Of a DNA stretch of 64,000 bases, positions 46,526 through 54,936 are shown one piece after another; position 1 is the stretch's first letter; each line of letters opens with the position of its first letter. The DNA is from a virus. Taxonomy: Duplodnaviria; Caudoviricetes. The stretch lies in the IMG/VR virus record IMGVR_UViG_3300036793_000172, positions 26,808-90,807 of that record; one strand, 5' to 3'. The notes beneath the pieces were generated by a model that was not told where the DNA came from, did no database searches, and worked only from the letters and a program-made list of their open reading frames with translations. Both the position numbers and the translations under genes were made by a program.

Positions 46526-46554
46526 ATACTGTCAGGGATTCTTGAAGATCACAA
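46526..46554 (-). promoter_or_regulatory. Early promoter TTGTGA-N17-CAGTAT
   Basis: Extended TG before -10; intergenic. Confidence 0.6.
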
Positions 46555-46567
46555 GGGCCGGGCACAA

Positions 46568-46603
46568 CACTGCCCCGGTCGTATCGGGGCGACCGGGGCA
46601 GTG
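46568..46603 (-). terminator. Terminator
   Basis: CACTGCCCCGGTCG / CGACCGGGGCAGTG perfect 14-bp stem. Confidence 0.8.
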
Positions 46604-46615
46604 AAGATCAAACGG

Positions 46616-46738
46616 TCAGCGTCTCCGGCGGGAGACGCGGTTCACCAGCACCAGCGCGGCGCAGCAGAGGACCACGAAGGCCATCCACACGCCGAAGAGG
46701 ATGACGATGGTCCAGGCGATAACGGTGGTCGTGGTCAT
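46616..46738 (-). CDS. Small membrane peptide
   Basis: 40 aa, one TM followed by RRRR. Confidence 0.55.
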   Translation of the reverse strand: MTTTTVIAWTIVILFGVWMAFVVLCCAALVLVNRVSRRRR

Positions 46739-47049
46739 CAGTCCTCGTAGCTCAGTTCGTCGATCTCGTGCTTCTTGCGGCGGATCGCCTTACGCGACTC
46801 GTTCAGCATTGCTTCCCAGAAGCAGGCAGTGCCGATTCCACCGATACTGCCGAATATGGAGGGGACTACCACTCCAGCGGCGGCATCCCCATGTATGAAT
46901 GCAGCGCCGCAGACGATCCCGATGATGCTCGCTACGCCAAGGGCGCCGGTGAAGTTGCGGATGCGCTTCTCCCGCTTGGCCACAATCTCGAACTCGTCGA
47001 GGTGGTGCATCAGCTCACGCCATTTGCGGCCGCCGACTTGTGCGCTCAC
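46738..47049 (-). CDS. Membrane protein
   Basis: Two TM segments; GTGA overlap. Confidence 0.6.
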   Translation of the reverse strand: MSAQVGGRKWRELMHHLDEFEIVAKREKRIRNFTGALGVASIIGIVCGAAFIHGDAAAGVVVPSIFGSIGGIGTACFWEAMLNESRKAIRRKKHEIDELSYED

Positions 47050-47336
47050 GCGACACCCCACGCCCGGCGCAGGATCGCCTGAATGCGGTTGGTGGTCCGG
47101 CTGAAGCTCTGCTGCACCACGTAGCGCTTGCCGTCGGTGGTGATCCACCCGACCGGCGTGGGGTAGCTGAAGACCACGTAACGCACGTCGGCGGCCTTGA
47201 GCTTCTCCCACTCGTTCTGGTCGAGCCGTCCGCCGTCGACAAGGAACGGGTCGACGCGCGCCGACGCGGACGAACCGTCGAAGGCGTGCTCGTAGTGGAT
47301 CGCGGTCTCGATCTGCGAGTAGTTGAGCTGCGCCAT
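47046..47336 (-). CDS. Hypothetical protein
   Basis: YVVFSYPTPVGW...FSRTTNRIQ. Confidence 0.65.
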   Translation of the reverse strand: MAQLNYSQIETAIHYEHAFDGSSASARVDPFLVDGGRLDQNEWEKLKAADVRYVVFSYPTPVGWITTDGKRYVVQQSFSRTTNRIQAILRRAWGVA

Positions 47337-47338
47337 GA

Positions 47339-47695
47339 TCAGACCTCCTCGGGGTCGACGGGAAGCCCGCACGACTCGTCGCCGTAGACGCGGCATTCGT
47401 CGCAGCCGGTGGAGGTCAAGCACTGCCGAGAGGTGTGGCAGAGGCACTGCTCGTTCGGCTTCTCCGCCTGCGGCGTGGCCGAGCGCAGCTCCACGAGTGC
47501 CCGCGTCGCGTGCGGGTGGGCGCCGAAGACGTACGTGTGATCGTCGTCGTAGGCACGGACCTCGACCCAGCCGCTGTCGGCGTCGACCTCGGTGACGACG
47601 CCCTCGTGGGTGAACGTGAACGGCGAGCCATCCTCGTTGGTCAAGCCGGGGATGAAGACGGTCCACTCGACCTTGTCGAACCGCGTGAACTGCAT
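47339..47695 (-). CDS. SH3-like protein with Cys-rich tail
   Basis: GGAGG SD; GVVTEVDADSGWVEV. Confidence 0.65.
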   Translation of the reverse strand: MQFTRFDKVEWTVFIPGLTNEDGSPFTFTHEGVVTEVDADSGWVEVRAYDDDHTYVFGAHPHATRALVELRSATPQAEKPNEQCLCHTSRQCLTSTGCDECRVYGDESCGLPVDPEEV

Positions 47696-47732
47696 GACTG
47701 CCTCCAAGGGGGCGGGGAAGTGCGACAGGGAT

Positions 47733-47761
47733 ATCGTCTCAAATACCTGGCTTGTTGTCAA
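47733..47761 (-). promoter_or_regulatory. Early promoter TTGACA-N17-GACGAT
   Basis: Canonical -35, extended TG. Confidence 0.7.
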
Positions 47762-47764
47762 GGA

Positions 47765-48001
47765 TTAATCAGTCCACGTTCGGTAGACTTCGCGGCCGTA
47801 GTGCAACAGCACATGCTGGCCTCGGTGACCCTTGCGCCGGTCGCAGCCACCGAACCACTGGTTGTTCCTCGCGTCGCAGGTGAACCAGATCGCGTCCCAG
47901 TACCTGATCACGTCGCCGCGCTCGCAGTTGTCGAACTCCCGGCGTCGAGTCGCGCCGGTGACGCGCCGAATGGTCCGGACGACGAGGGAGGAGAACGTCA
48001 T
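47765..48001 (-). CDS. Hypothetical protein
   Basis: ATGA overlap. Confidence 0.55.
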   Translation of the reverse strand: MTFSSLVVRTIRRVTGATRRREFDNCERGDVIRYWDAIWFTCDARNNQWFGGCDRRKGHRGQHVLLHYGREVYRTWTD

Positions 48002-48168
48002 GCGCGCACCCGCCGGGCTTTGAGCGTGTTGGTCACAACGAGCATGAGCGCCAAGATCGTCAAGCTGACCGCTTTCGGCTGCGCAGTCAGGAAGGACAAG
48101 CCGTAGGCGTGCACGAACCACTTGACCACGGCCACGCCGATGAACAGGGCAGTGAGCTGAGTGATCAT
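47998..48168 (-). CDS. Small membrane protein
   Basis: Two hydrophobic segments. Confidence 0.55.
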   Translation of the reverse strand: MITQLTALFIGVAVVKWFVHAYGLSFLTAQPKAVSLTILALMLVVTNTLKARRVRA

Positions 48169-48392
48169 CGGCGTGCCCTCCTCGCCCGCCGAATGCACCA
48201 GCCGACGCTTCGGGCAAGCGGGTCGAGCAGGAACAGCCCGCCGAGGAAGACGATGGCGCCCCAACGGACCAGCGAGTGCGGCAACGCGCCGATCATCACC
48301 AGGACCGCGCCGATGAAGCAGAGACCCAACCAGACGATGAAGCAGATCACTTCCACGCGGTCGCGGAGCGGCGTCTGCCGCCACGCGGTCAC
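48165..48392 (-). CDS. Small membrane protein
   Basis: Two TM segments; GTGA overlap. Confidence 0.55.
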   Translation of the reverse strand: MTAWRQTPLRDRVEVICFIVWLGLCFIGAVLVMIGALPHSLVRWGAIVFLGGLFLLDPLARSVGWCIRRARRARR

Positions 48393-48701
48393 GACTTGTC
48401 CCTTTCCGCGAAAAGCATGAGACCCAGACCGAACGCGAGACCGATCCCGGCTCCGCCGACGACGGCGATCACGCGGTTGGATCCCGGGTGCATGAACGCG
48501 TAGGCGGTCATGATGATCCCGAAGCACAGCACGGCGAACGCGACGCTGATCTGAAGCCACTGGCGGAGAACGCGGGCTCGCTGGATGAGCCGTTCCCGGG
48601 CCTGAGAGGCCCTTTCCGCGTCGACAGCCTCCTGCTTGAGGATTTCCCTCCCACAGCAGGAGCGCGGCCGTCACCTCGGCTTCTGACTGCTCTTCATACA
48701 T
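48389..48701 (-). pseudogene. Membrane protein gene with an apparent 1-nt frameshift near 48647
   Basis: MYEEQ...LLWE continues sensibly only in the +1 frame (EILKQEAVDAER...two TMs...DKS*); that frame has no own start. Confidence 0.5.
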
Positions 48702-48703
48702 GA

Positions 48704-48931
48704 TCATTCCTCCTCGGTGGGGGTGGTTGTCGGGTTGCCGATCTCGCCGCGTTCGTCGCGGCGGGCGTAGCGGTAGAGGAAGCCAACGACAAGCCCGGTC
48801 ATCACCAGCTCGACGCCCGGCAGGAGCATGTAGAACCAAGTGGCGTTGCCGAGCAGGAACGAGACGATCTGGACCAGGATCAACGCAATGAGCACGACGC
48901 CGGTGATCAGGATCTTCGTCGAGAGCTTCAC
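48704..48931 (-). CDS. Membrane protein
   Basis: Two TM segments. Confidence 0.65.
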   Translation of the reverse strand: MKLSTKILITGVVLIALILVQIVSFLLGNATWFYMLLPGVELVMTGLVVGFLYRYARRDERGEIGNPTTTPTEEE

Positions 48932-48933
48932 GG

Positions 48934-49272
48934 CTACTCCTCAGTAAGTAGTGCTGCGTCGAGACGACGGCCGTCGAGAACCGCCTGGGCCTCGGTCAGC
49001 TCAGCCAGCTCCTTGGTGCGGATGACCTTGGCATGCCACCGGTGGACGGCGGCGAACCGGCGCAGTTCCTCCAAGAGCTTTTCCACGGCCTTAATGCCCC
49101 CGTACGAGTCGATCAACCGCGTGTACTCGTGCTCGATCGCGTCTTCCCAGCCGTGGATCACGTCCTCGGCGCGTGAAGCCGCTCCCAAGTGCGCGTTGAT
49201 GCGTTGCCTCGTGCACATGATGTCGATGGTCAACACGATGGCGGACGCCTTGAGCGGATCCTCTGCGGTCAT
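48934..49272 (-). CDS. Hypothetical protein
   Basis: GGAGG SD, MTAEDPLK start. Confidence 0.6.
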   Translation of the reverse strand: MTAEDPLKASAIVLTIDIMCTRQRINAHLGAASRAEDVIHGWEDAIEHEYTRLIDSYGGIKAVEKLLEELRRFAAVHRWHAKVIRTKELAELTEAQAVLDGRRLDAALLTEE

Positions 49273-49326
49273 GGGCTTCCTCCGGGATGCAAGGGGCCGG
49301 GCCTCCCGGAAGAGAGACCCGGCCCA

Positions 49327-49355
49327 AGCGTGACGTATCAGTGTCACCTTGTCAA
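49327..49355 (-). promoter_or_regulatory. Early promoter TTGACA-N17-CACGCT
   Basis: Canonical -35; hairpin in leader. Confidence 0.65.
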
Positions 49356-49360
49356 GGATT

Positions 49361-50131
49361 TCAGCAGTTGCTCCACAGAGCCGAGACCCACGACCACCAC
49401 ATGCCGTACTCGGCGATGTTGCCCGCGTCATTCTGATGGATGCCGTCGGTGTACCAGGTGGACGGGTTCGGCTGCGGGGTCGCGGTCGCCGGGGGGATGT
49501 ACTGGCGCAAGTCGACCAGCGCGTTGCCCTTCGCGACGGCCGTGTTGTAGATGACGCTCGCGTACTGCGCCCACGTGTACTTCTGCGGCACGTTGCCCGA
49601 GTCAACCGACTGGACCCACTTCAGCTCGGCGTAGATCGACATCAGGATCACGGCGTTCGGGGTCGCGGCCTTGATGTTGTCGATCAGCGTGTTCAGGTTG
49701 GTCTGGAACACGGCCGGGTCCTTCTGGCTCCAGTACTCGTTGCCGCCCACGTCGAGCAGCACGAGGGTGGGCTTCTTCACGGCGATGTCCGCGACGGCGG
49801 CCGTGGTGTCGGTGAACCGGCCACCGGGGAGGAAGTCGCTCGCCAACGAGCCGTTGTGGGCGTAGTTGGAGACGTTGGTGGACCACTGCGAGTGCACCGA
49901 GTTGGCGAAGCGCGTGGCCCACCCGTACGTGGTCGGGTTGTAGGTCTGCGCACCGGACGGGTAGCCGGTGGTGGCGTAGCCGGTTTCGGCGCTGGTGCCG
50001 ACGATGGCCAGCTGCGTCTTGGTCGCGCAGTACGGCGGCGGGGTCTGGGCGCTGGCCGAGGTGGCGGTGAAGCCCACTCCGACCGAGGTGAAGGCAAGCA
50101 GGCTGACTGCGAGTGCGGTGCGGATCTTCAT
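49361..50131 (-). CDS. Secreted SGNH/GDSL hydrolase
   Basis: Signal peptide ending ASA-Q; IVGTS, NGS, GGNE, DGIH blocks. Confidence 0.8.
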   Translation of the reverse strand: MKIRTALAVSLLAFTSVGVGFTATSASAQTPPPYCATKTQLAIVGTSAETGYATTGYPSGAQTYNPTTYGWATRFANSVHSQWSTNVSNYAHNGSLASDFLPGGRFTDTTAAVADIAVKKPTLVLLDVGGNEYWSQKDPAVFQTNLNTLIDNIKAATPNAVILMSIYAELKWVQSVDSGNVPQKYTWAQYASVIYNTAVAKGNALVDLRQYIPPATATPQPNPSTWYTDGIHQNDAGNIAEYGMWWSWVSALWSNC

Positions 50132-50173
50132 GGGCTTCATCCTCCGATGGGGTTGTGGGTAACGCGAGCGGTG

Positions 50174-50455
50174 TTACTTGAGCTTGCCCTGGGCCATCTG
50201 CCCAGCGGCCCGCCAGCACGTGCGGCCAGCGGCAGTAAGGCGGGCGCCGCTCGGGCGCTTCGCGAGCACCAGCCCGGTCAGCGACAACACCGAGGCGACG
50301 AGCACCGTGGCGGCCGTGATGGACGCCAGCAGCGTGATGACGATGACGGCGGCGAAGAGCTTCACGAGCCCGGCCAGGCAACCCGCGCTGCCCCGGCCGT
50401 TCAGGCGTTTGGAGACCCGTACCGGGCCGAGGCCGAAGCCGATGGAAATTCCCAT
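50174..50455 (-). CDS. Membrane protein
   Basis: MGISIGFGLGPVRVS N-terminus then a TM stretch. Confidence 0.65.
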   Translation of the reverse strand: MGISIGFGLGPVRVSKRLNGRGSAGCLAGLVKLFAAVIVITLLASITAATVLVASVLSLTGLVLAKRPSGARLTAAGRTCWRAAGQMAQGKLK

Positions 50456-50471
50456 GATTCCTCCGTGGGGG

Positions 50472-50852
50472 TCAGCTGGTGAGAGTGAAGCCGGAGTAGG
50501 AGGCGATGATGCCGTCTTCCCACAGGATGTTGTCCCGGAGACCGACGCTGATGCCGACCTGGGACCGGTCGGGCACGTCCGTGAACTCGAAGTCCAAGAC
50601 GCGTTCCTCGGCGGTGGAAGTCGGGTCGAGCGTCGCGAACGCGGTGCTCAAGACCCCGTGCGGCGTCACGTCCCCGTCCCACAAGGTCGCGACCAAGCCC
50701 GGCGTGAACTCGCCGTCGCCGGTGCACGCGGGATCGACGCAATGCACGGTGAGCGTGGCCTTGACCGAGTGCGTGGGGTGGGCGGGCGTGGCGCACGCGG
50801 CCAGCCCCACTCCGGTGGCGGCGAGGAGGAGGGCGAGCAGCGTCGTCTTCAT
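50472..50852 (-). CDS. Lipoprotein
   Basis: MKTTLLALLLAATGVGLAA-C lipobox. Confidence 0.75.
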   Translation of the reverse strand: MKTTLLALLLAATGVGLAACATPAHPTHSVKATLTVHCVDPACTGDGEFTPGLVATLWDGDVTPHGVLSTAFATLDPTSTAEERVLDFEFTDVPDRSQVGISVGLRDNILWEDGIIASYSGFTLTS

Positions 50853-50854
50853 GA

Positions 50855-50932
50855 TCAGCGCGCCTTCGCGAAGAGCACGTACCCGACGATGCCCGCGAGC
50901 ACGACCAGGCCGTAGATCAGGGGCACGGGCAT
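50855..50932 (-). CDS. 25-aa membrane peptide
   Basis: GGAGGAG SD; MPVPLIYGLVVLAGIVGYVLFAKAR. Confidence 0.5.
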   Translation of the reverse strand: MPVPLIYGLVVLAGIVGYVLFAKAR

Positions 50933-51030
50933 GTCTCCTCCAAGGGGGATCTTGCTTCTGCGATGAGGCCATCGTCAGCGGGGTCACTGTTCCCCGGACG
51001 CCCCCGGAGGGGCGTTTCGGCCTAGGTGGG

Positions 51031-51279
51031 TCAGGCTCCGACGGCCATCTCCTGGCGGTGCTCCAGGTCCATCGCGGCGATCTGGGAGCAGCAGAAGCGG
51101 ACGTGATCCACGGTCGCGTGGCGGATGACGGCGGTCGGGTCGTCGCTGTTGCGGCGGACGATGGTCGAGCACTCCGCGCAGACGATGCCGGTGATGGTCG
51201 CCTGGGGCAGGCCCCAGTACTCCTCGCGAAGGGCCTCGACGGTGGTGGCTTCGCTGGCGGGGATCGGGTTGCTGAACAT
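51031..51279 (-). CDS. Zn-finger-like protein
   Basis: CAEC...H...H. Confidence 0.6.
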   Translation of the reverse strand: MFSNPIPASEATTVEALREEYWGLPQATITGIVCAECSTIVRRNSDDPTAVIRHATVDHVRFCCSQIAAMDLEHRQEMAVGA

Positions 51280-51317
51280 CGGGGCCTCCGGGATGTGGTG
51301 GTTTGCTGCTGGTTCCC

Positions 51318-51346
51318 AGTCTGCCAAAGGGTTGCGCACGTGTCAA
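51318..51346 (-). promoter_or_regulatory. Early promoter TTGACA-N17-CAGACT
   Basis: Canonical -35, extended TG. Confidence 0.75.
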
Positions 51347-51376
51347 GGGTTTTTGAGCAGGGTGTACCCGAACGGA

Positions 51377-51703
51377 TCAGCGAGGGTCGATCGGCCGTTC
51401 GAGGCCGAGTTCCCGGAGTTCGGGCAGCTCCTCGAACCAGGCGAGACGGAGGTCGTGGACCAGCACTTCGCGGCGGTAGCTGAGCGGGCCCAAGCGGTGC
51501 AGGCGAGGCACCGTGACCTTCTCCGCGAGCAGCGCGTCAAGGGCCACGTACGGCTCCTGCTTGTACGGGCGTTCCTGACGCGACCAGGCACCGAGCTTGT
51601 CGGCCAGGTCGCCGGGGAACACAGGCCACTCGTACTTGGCCGCGATCTCGACGGCTGCCTTCACCAGCTCGGGGTCGAACTTCATGCTCAACGCGCGGTC
51701 CAT
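51377..51703 (-). CDS. Hypothetical protein
   Basis: CCCCCACGGAGG leader. Confidence 0.65.
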   Translation of the reverse strand: MDRALSMKFDPELVKAAVEIAAKYEWPVFPGDLADKLGAWSRQERPYKQEPYVALDALLAEKVTVPRLHRLGPLSYRREVLVHDLRLAWFEELPELRELGLERPIDPR

Positions 51704-51731
51704 GCCGTCTCCTCCGTGGGGGAACGCAGAA

Positions 51732-51757
51732 GGCGGGGCGCCGGTTGACGCCCCGCC
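51732..51757 (-). terminator. Terminator-like hairpin
   Basis: GGCGGGGCG / CGCCCCGCC. Confidence 0.55.
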
Positions 51758-51766
51758 GGGGGTGGA

Positions 51767-52069
51767 TCAGATGCGGTTGCCGTGCGAGTCGCAGCAGCCG
51801 CACTCCAGGATGGTCGGCGCGGCCTTCCAGTTGGTCAGGAACTCCGCGTCGGCGACCGGGTTCTCCGAGCTGCTGCCGAAGGCGACGCCCTGGTCCGAGT
51901 TGATCCGCCAGAAGCCGCCGTGCTTGCGGGTGGCGGCGCGGTGGTCCTCGCGCAGCTCCTCCAGCGTGTCCTGACCGAACTCACCGCTGTACATCGTCTT
52001 GGTCTTCCAGGCCTTGGCGTCCTCGTCGAAGCGCTGGAGCGTGACGTAGGTGAGGGTGGTGGCGGTCAT
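51767..52069 (-). CDS. Hypothetical protein
   Basis: CCCCCACGGAGG leader. Confidence 0.7.
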   Translation of the reverse strand: MTATTLTYVTLQRFDEDAKAWKTKTMYSGEFGQDTLEELREDHRAATRKHGGFWRINSDQGVAFGSSSENPVADAEFLTNWKAAPTILECGCCDSHGNRI

Positions 52070-52106
52070 GGCTTCCTCCGTGGGGGCGTCCGTTGCTGAC
52101 CCCTCA

Positions 52107-52135
52107 AGACTGCCTTATGGCTGTCGTGATGTCAA
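52107..52135 (-). promoter_or_regulatory. Early promoter TTGACA-N17-CAGTCT
   Basis: Canonical -35. Confidence 0.75.
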
Positions 52136-52220
52136 GGGTTTAAGGCACAGCTGTACCCGGATGGCCTACGTCTTCACCTCGTTTCGTCAGGGATGCATGA
52201 TCCATATGCAGTAGTGACAA

Positions 52221-52259
52221 TAAAAGGGGCGACCAGGCGATCTACGCCTGGTCGCCCCT
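52221..52259 (-). terminator. Intrinsic terminator
   Basis: 15-bp perfect stem AGGGGCGACCAGGCG / CGCCTGGTCGCCCCT followed by a T-run. Confidence 0.85.
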
Positions 52260-52291
52260 GGGGTGAGATGGGTTTTCGTCAGGTTGTTTCG

Positions 52292-52741
52292 TCACACGTT
52301 CGGTGTGCCGTCGAGAATGGCCTGCATCTGGATGCGGGTGACGCCCGGAGACATCAGCCGGGTCTGCTGACGCGTCGGGAGGTTCGCCACCTTGCCCACC
52401 ATGTCGGCCATGTACTCAAGTGACGTGGTGATCGGCTGGGAAAGGAGGACTGAGCGGGCCTCTGCGTGCCCACGCGCCACGTGCTGGTGCGCTGGGTGCC
52501 CGTAGACGATCGAGGACGCCACAAGCTGAATGAGCCGCTGCTCCAGCCGATCCACGACGGGGTCGCCAGTCGGCGCGGGGATGGTGATCCGCTCGGGCAG
52601 CTCAAGCGTGATCTCGCCCTGGTGGTACTTCTCGAAGAGGCGGTGCACCTCGTCGATGTGGCCCTTCACCGCCCAGGAGCAACCGGCGCATTTCCCGCGA
52701 GAGAAATGGCCGGTGCCCTCGGCGATCAGCTCATGCGTCAT
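52292..52741 (-). CDS. Hypothetical protein
   Basis: KCAGCSW...H motif. Confidence 0.65.
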   Translation of the reverse strand: MTHELIAEGTGHFSRGKCAGCSWAVKGHIDEVHRLFEKYHQGEITLELPERITIPAPTGDPVVDRLEQRLIQLVASSIVYGHPAHQHVARGHAEARSVLLSQPITTSLEYMADMVGKVANLPTRQQTRLMSPGVTRIQMQAILDGTPNV

Positions 52742-52927
52742 TCAGTCGTCCTCGGGGTGTGGATCCGGGTCGTCCCAGCCCATGCCGTGCTGGGGCTCGT
52801 TTTCCTTCGGCTGGATGAAGATGGGCGTCTTGCCGTAGTCCTCCTTCTGCCGTGCGTCCATGCCCGTGTGGGTCCGGCATGGGAGGTTGTTCCCGCAGTG
52901 GCAGCTGGGAGTGATCTTTTTCGCCAA
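52742..52927 (-). CDS. Small Cys/His protein
   Basis: Probable TTG start; CHCG...CRTH. Confidence 0.45.
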   Translation of the reverse strand: MAKKITPSCHCGNNLPCRTHTGMDARQKEDYGKTPIFIQPKENEPQHGMGWDDPDPHPEDD

Positions 52928-52944
52928 GAGTTCTTGATCTTCCT

Positions 52945-53352
52945 TCAGTCGCTGAGGTCGGCGGGCAGAGTCAGCTGGCCGTTGGTCAGGATGTGGCCGA
53001 GGCTCCACAGGTCGAAGCGGGTGTTGGTGCTGTCGAAGAGGTTCCTGACCTGGTCGGAAGGGTCCCGACCAGCAGGCACGCCCAGCTCTTCGAGCGCCAC
53101 CTCGCTCACGGGAACGTACCGGCCGTCCTTGACGACGATCGACCACTCTTCCCCGCCGGGCAAATCAGGCGTGGTGTGCGCGTTCCCGGGCTCCCATCCG
53201 GTCAGCAGCGCGATGTGCCCGGCCAGGCACGCGGTGGTGCCACACGAGGAACGCGTGCCCCACGTGTCCTGGTCCCACTCCTCGGGGTAAGCCTCGATGT
53301 GGTCGAGGGCCTTCTGGAGCAACGGCACGTTCGAGATCAGTGGTTCGCGCAC
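52945..53352 (-). CDS. WxQxxW/CGTxxCxAG family paralogue 4
   Basis: NVPLLQKALDHI...WDQDTW...CGTTACLAGH. Confidence 0.75.
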   Translation of the reverse strand: MREPLISNVPLLQKALDHIEAYPEEWDQDTWGTRSSCGTTACLAGHIALLTGWEPGNAHTTPDLPGGEEWSIVVKDGRYVPVSEVALEELGVPAGRDPSDQVRNLFDSTNTRFDLWSLGHILTNGQLTLPADLSD

Positions 53353-53354
53353 GC

Positions 53355-53819
53355 CTACACCTCCACCGGAAGGTCTTCGGGCACCTGGATCTCGCCGTTG
53401 GTCATCGTGCTCGCCATGGTCCACAGCGTGGACAGCGAGTTGCCGCCGGAGAACAGCAGCTGCGAGTTCTCCTCGTCGAGGTTCATCAGCTCCCGGGCGG
53501 CGGACCGGACGAACCGGCCTTCACCCTCAGGCGAGGTGACCATGTACGCGGTGGAGCCGAAGTCGCTCACGAAGAAAGGCTTGTATCCGGCCTGCATCGC
53601 GACCGTGCCCGCAAGACAGCAGACGGTGCCGCACGAGTCCGTGCGGATCCACTCCTCCTGGTTCCACTCCTCCGGATGGGCAGTGATGTGTTCCAGCGCC
53701 TTGCGCAGCACCGGGACATCCACCGGGCCCAGCGTCTCGGGTTCCTTGTGATTCAGCAGCAGCTCGTGCCGCCGAGCGTCGGCGATCAGCCGAAGTTCGG
53801 TTTCGTCTTTGGTCTCCAT
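53355..53819 (-). CDS. WxQxxW/CGTxxCxAG family paralogue 3
   Basis: DVPVLRKALEHI...WNQEEW...CGTVCCLAG. Confidence 0.75.
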   Translation of the reverse strand: METKDETELRLIADARRHELLLNHKEPETLGPVDVPVLRKALEHITAHPEEWNQEEWIRTDSCGTVCCLAGTVAMQAGYKPFFVSDFGSTAYMVTSPEGEGRFVRSAARELMNLDEENSQLLFSGGNSLSTLWTMASTMTNGEIQVPEDLPVEV

Positions 53820-54334
53820 CAGACCAGCTCCTTCTGCTTGGCGGCCACGGCCACCGGGACGGTGTCGGTGACCTTGACCGTGATGGGCGACGTCGACCGG
53901 CTGGCCAACTCGCTGATCTTCGCCTTGGTGATCGCGCCGCCGGTGACCTCGGCGACGCGGCTCCACGCGTTCATGTTGGACGAGTGGAAGAGCCGATCGG
54001 CCTGGCAGTCGCACAAGCCCAGTTCCCTGGCCGCATAGGAACCCACGGGCATGTCGTTCTGGGTGTCAGGGTCGGCCACGCCGACCAGCGCCCCGTAGTT
54101 CCAGTACTGCTTCGCGCCCTGCACCACGGCCGTGTGACCGGCGATGCAGTAGGTGGTGCCGCACTCAGTGGGTCCCGGGCCGGGGTCGTCAGCCACGCCG
54201 AGGCCTTCGGTGTGGACACCCCAGCTGTCCTGATCCCACGTGTCCGGCGACCGGTAGACGCGCACCATCACCTTGGTGAGCAGCGGCAAGTTGATGTCGG
54301 TGGGGAAGCCACAGTTCTCGCACGTCTCGGTCAT
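53819..54334 (-). CDS. WxQxxW/CGTxxCxAG family paralogue 2
   Basis: NLPLLTKV...WDQDSW...CGTTYCIAGH. Confidence 0.75.
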   Translation of the reverse strand: MTETCENCGFPTDINLPLLTKVMVRVYRSPDTWDQDSWGVHTEGLGVADDPGPGPTECGTTYCIAGHTAVVQGAKQYWNYGALVGVADPDTQNDMPVGSYAARELGLCDCQADRLFHSSNMNAWSRVAEVTGGAITKAKISELASRSTSPITVKVTDTVPVAVAAKQKELV

Positions 54335-54819
54335 GCGGGCACGTCCTCTCGCTGCTCGGCGGGCTTGGGCGCGGTGCCGGAAAGCAGTGCCCGGTCCTCC
54401 TCGGCGACCAGGGCGGCGATCTTCTCCTTGGTCACCTGGCCCTCGGTGAGGTCGGCGACGAGGTCCCACGCGGCGTCGCCCTTCCGCACGTTGAACAGGG
54501 CCTTGCTCTGCGCGTGGTTCAGACCCAGGACCTGGCGCCCGTAGACGGACGTGTAGTGCACCTCGCCGTCCGGCGTGCGCACCATGTCCATGAAGTGGAG
54601 CGTGGTCACGTGGGCACCGAACTCGTCCCGGACACTGTTCGCCGTCCAGATGGGTTCGGCTCCGGCGAGGATGACCGCGTGACCTGCGAAGCAGTGGCTG
54701 GACTTGCAGGCCTCGTCAGCGGGCTGCCTGCCCCACTGCGTCTGGTCCCACGTGTTGGGGTCCCGGTACACCTGGACCATCACCTTGCGGAACAAGTCCA
54801 CATTCACCGTATTAGTCAT
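54331..54819 (-). CDS. WxQxxW/CGTxxCxAG family paralogue 1
   Basis: NVDLFRKV...WDQTQW...CKSSHCFAGH. Confidence 0.75.
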   Translation of the reverse strand: MTNTVNVDLFRKVMVQVYRDPNTWDQTQWGRQPADEACKSSHCFAGHAVILAGAEPIWTANSVRDEFGAHVTTLHFMDMVRTPDGEVHYTSVYGRQVLGLNHAQSKALFNVRKGDAAWDLVADLTEGQVTKEKIAALVAEEDRALLSGTAPKPAEQREDVPA

Positions 54820-54907
54820 GGGTAGAAATCCCCTTTCGGAAAGTGGATTCAGTAATTGTTTAGTATGAATGCGCTGAATGGGTTCGATACCGTATTGCTC
54901 TACGCCG

Positions 54908-54936
54908 AGTAGATCTGATCAGTTGGCTTGTGTCAA
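54908..54936 (-). promoter_or_regulatory. Early promoter TTGACA-N17-TCTACT with long AT-rich leader
   Basis: Canonical -35; -10 less typical. Confidence 0.55.

Noticed and set aside
48642-48648. GGGAAAT as a programmed -1 frameshift (tail-chaperone type)
   Set aside because: The -1 frame gives a short nonsense-like product; the sensible continuation is +1, and the locus is far from tail genes
54878-54892. T-loop-like GGTTCGATACC on the plus strand
   Set aside because: Only a 2-3 bp stem and no other tRNA arms
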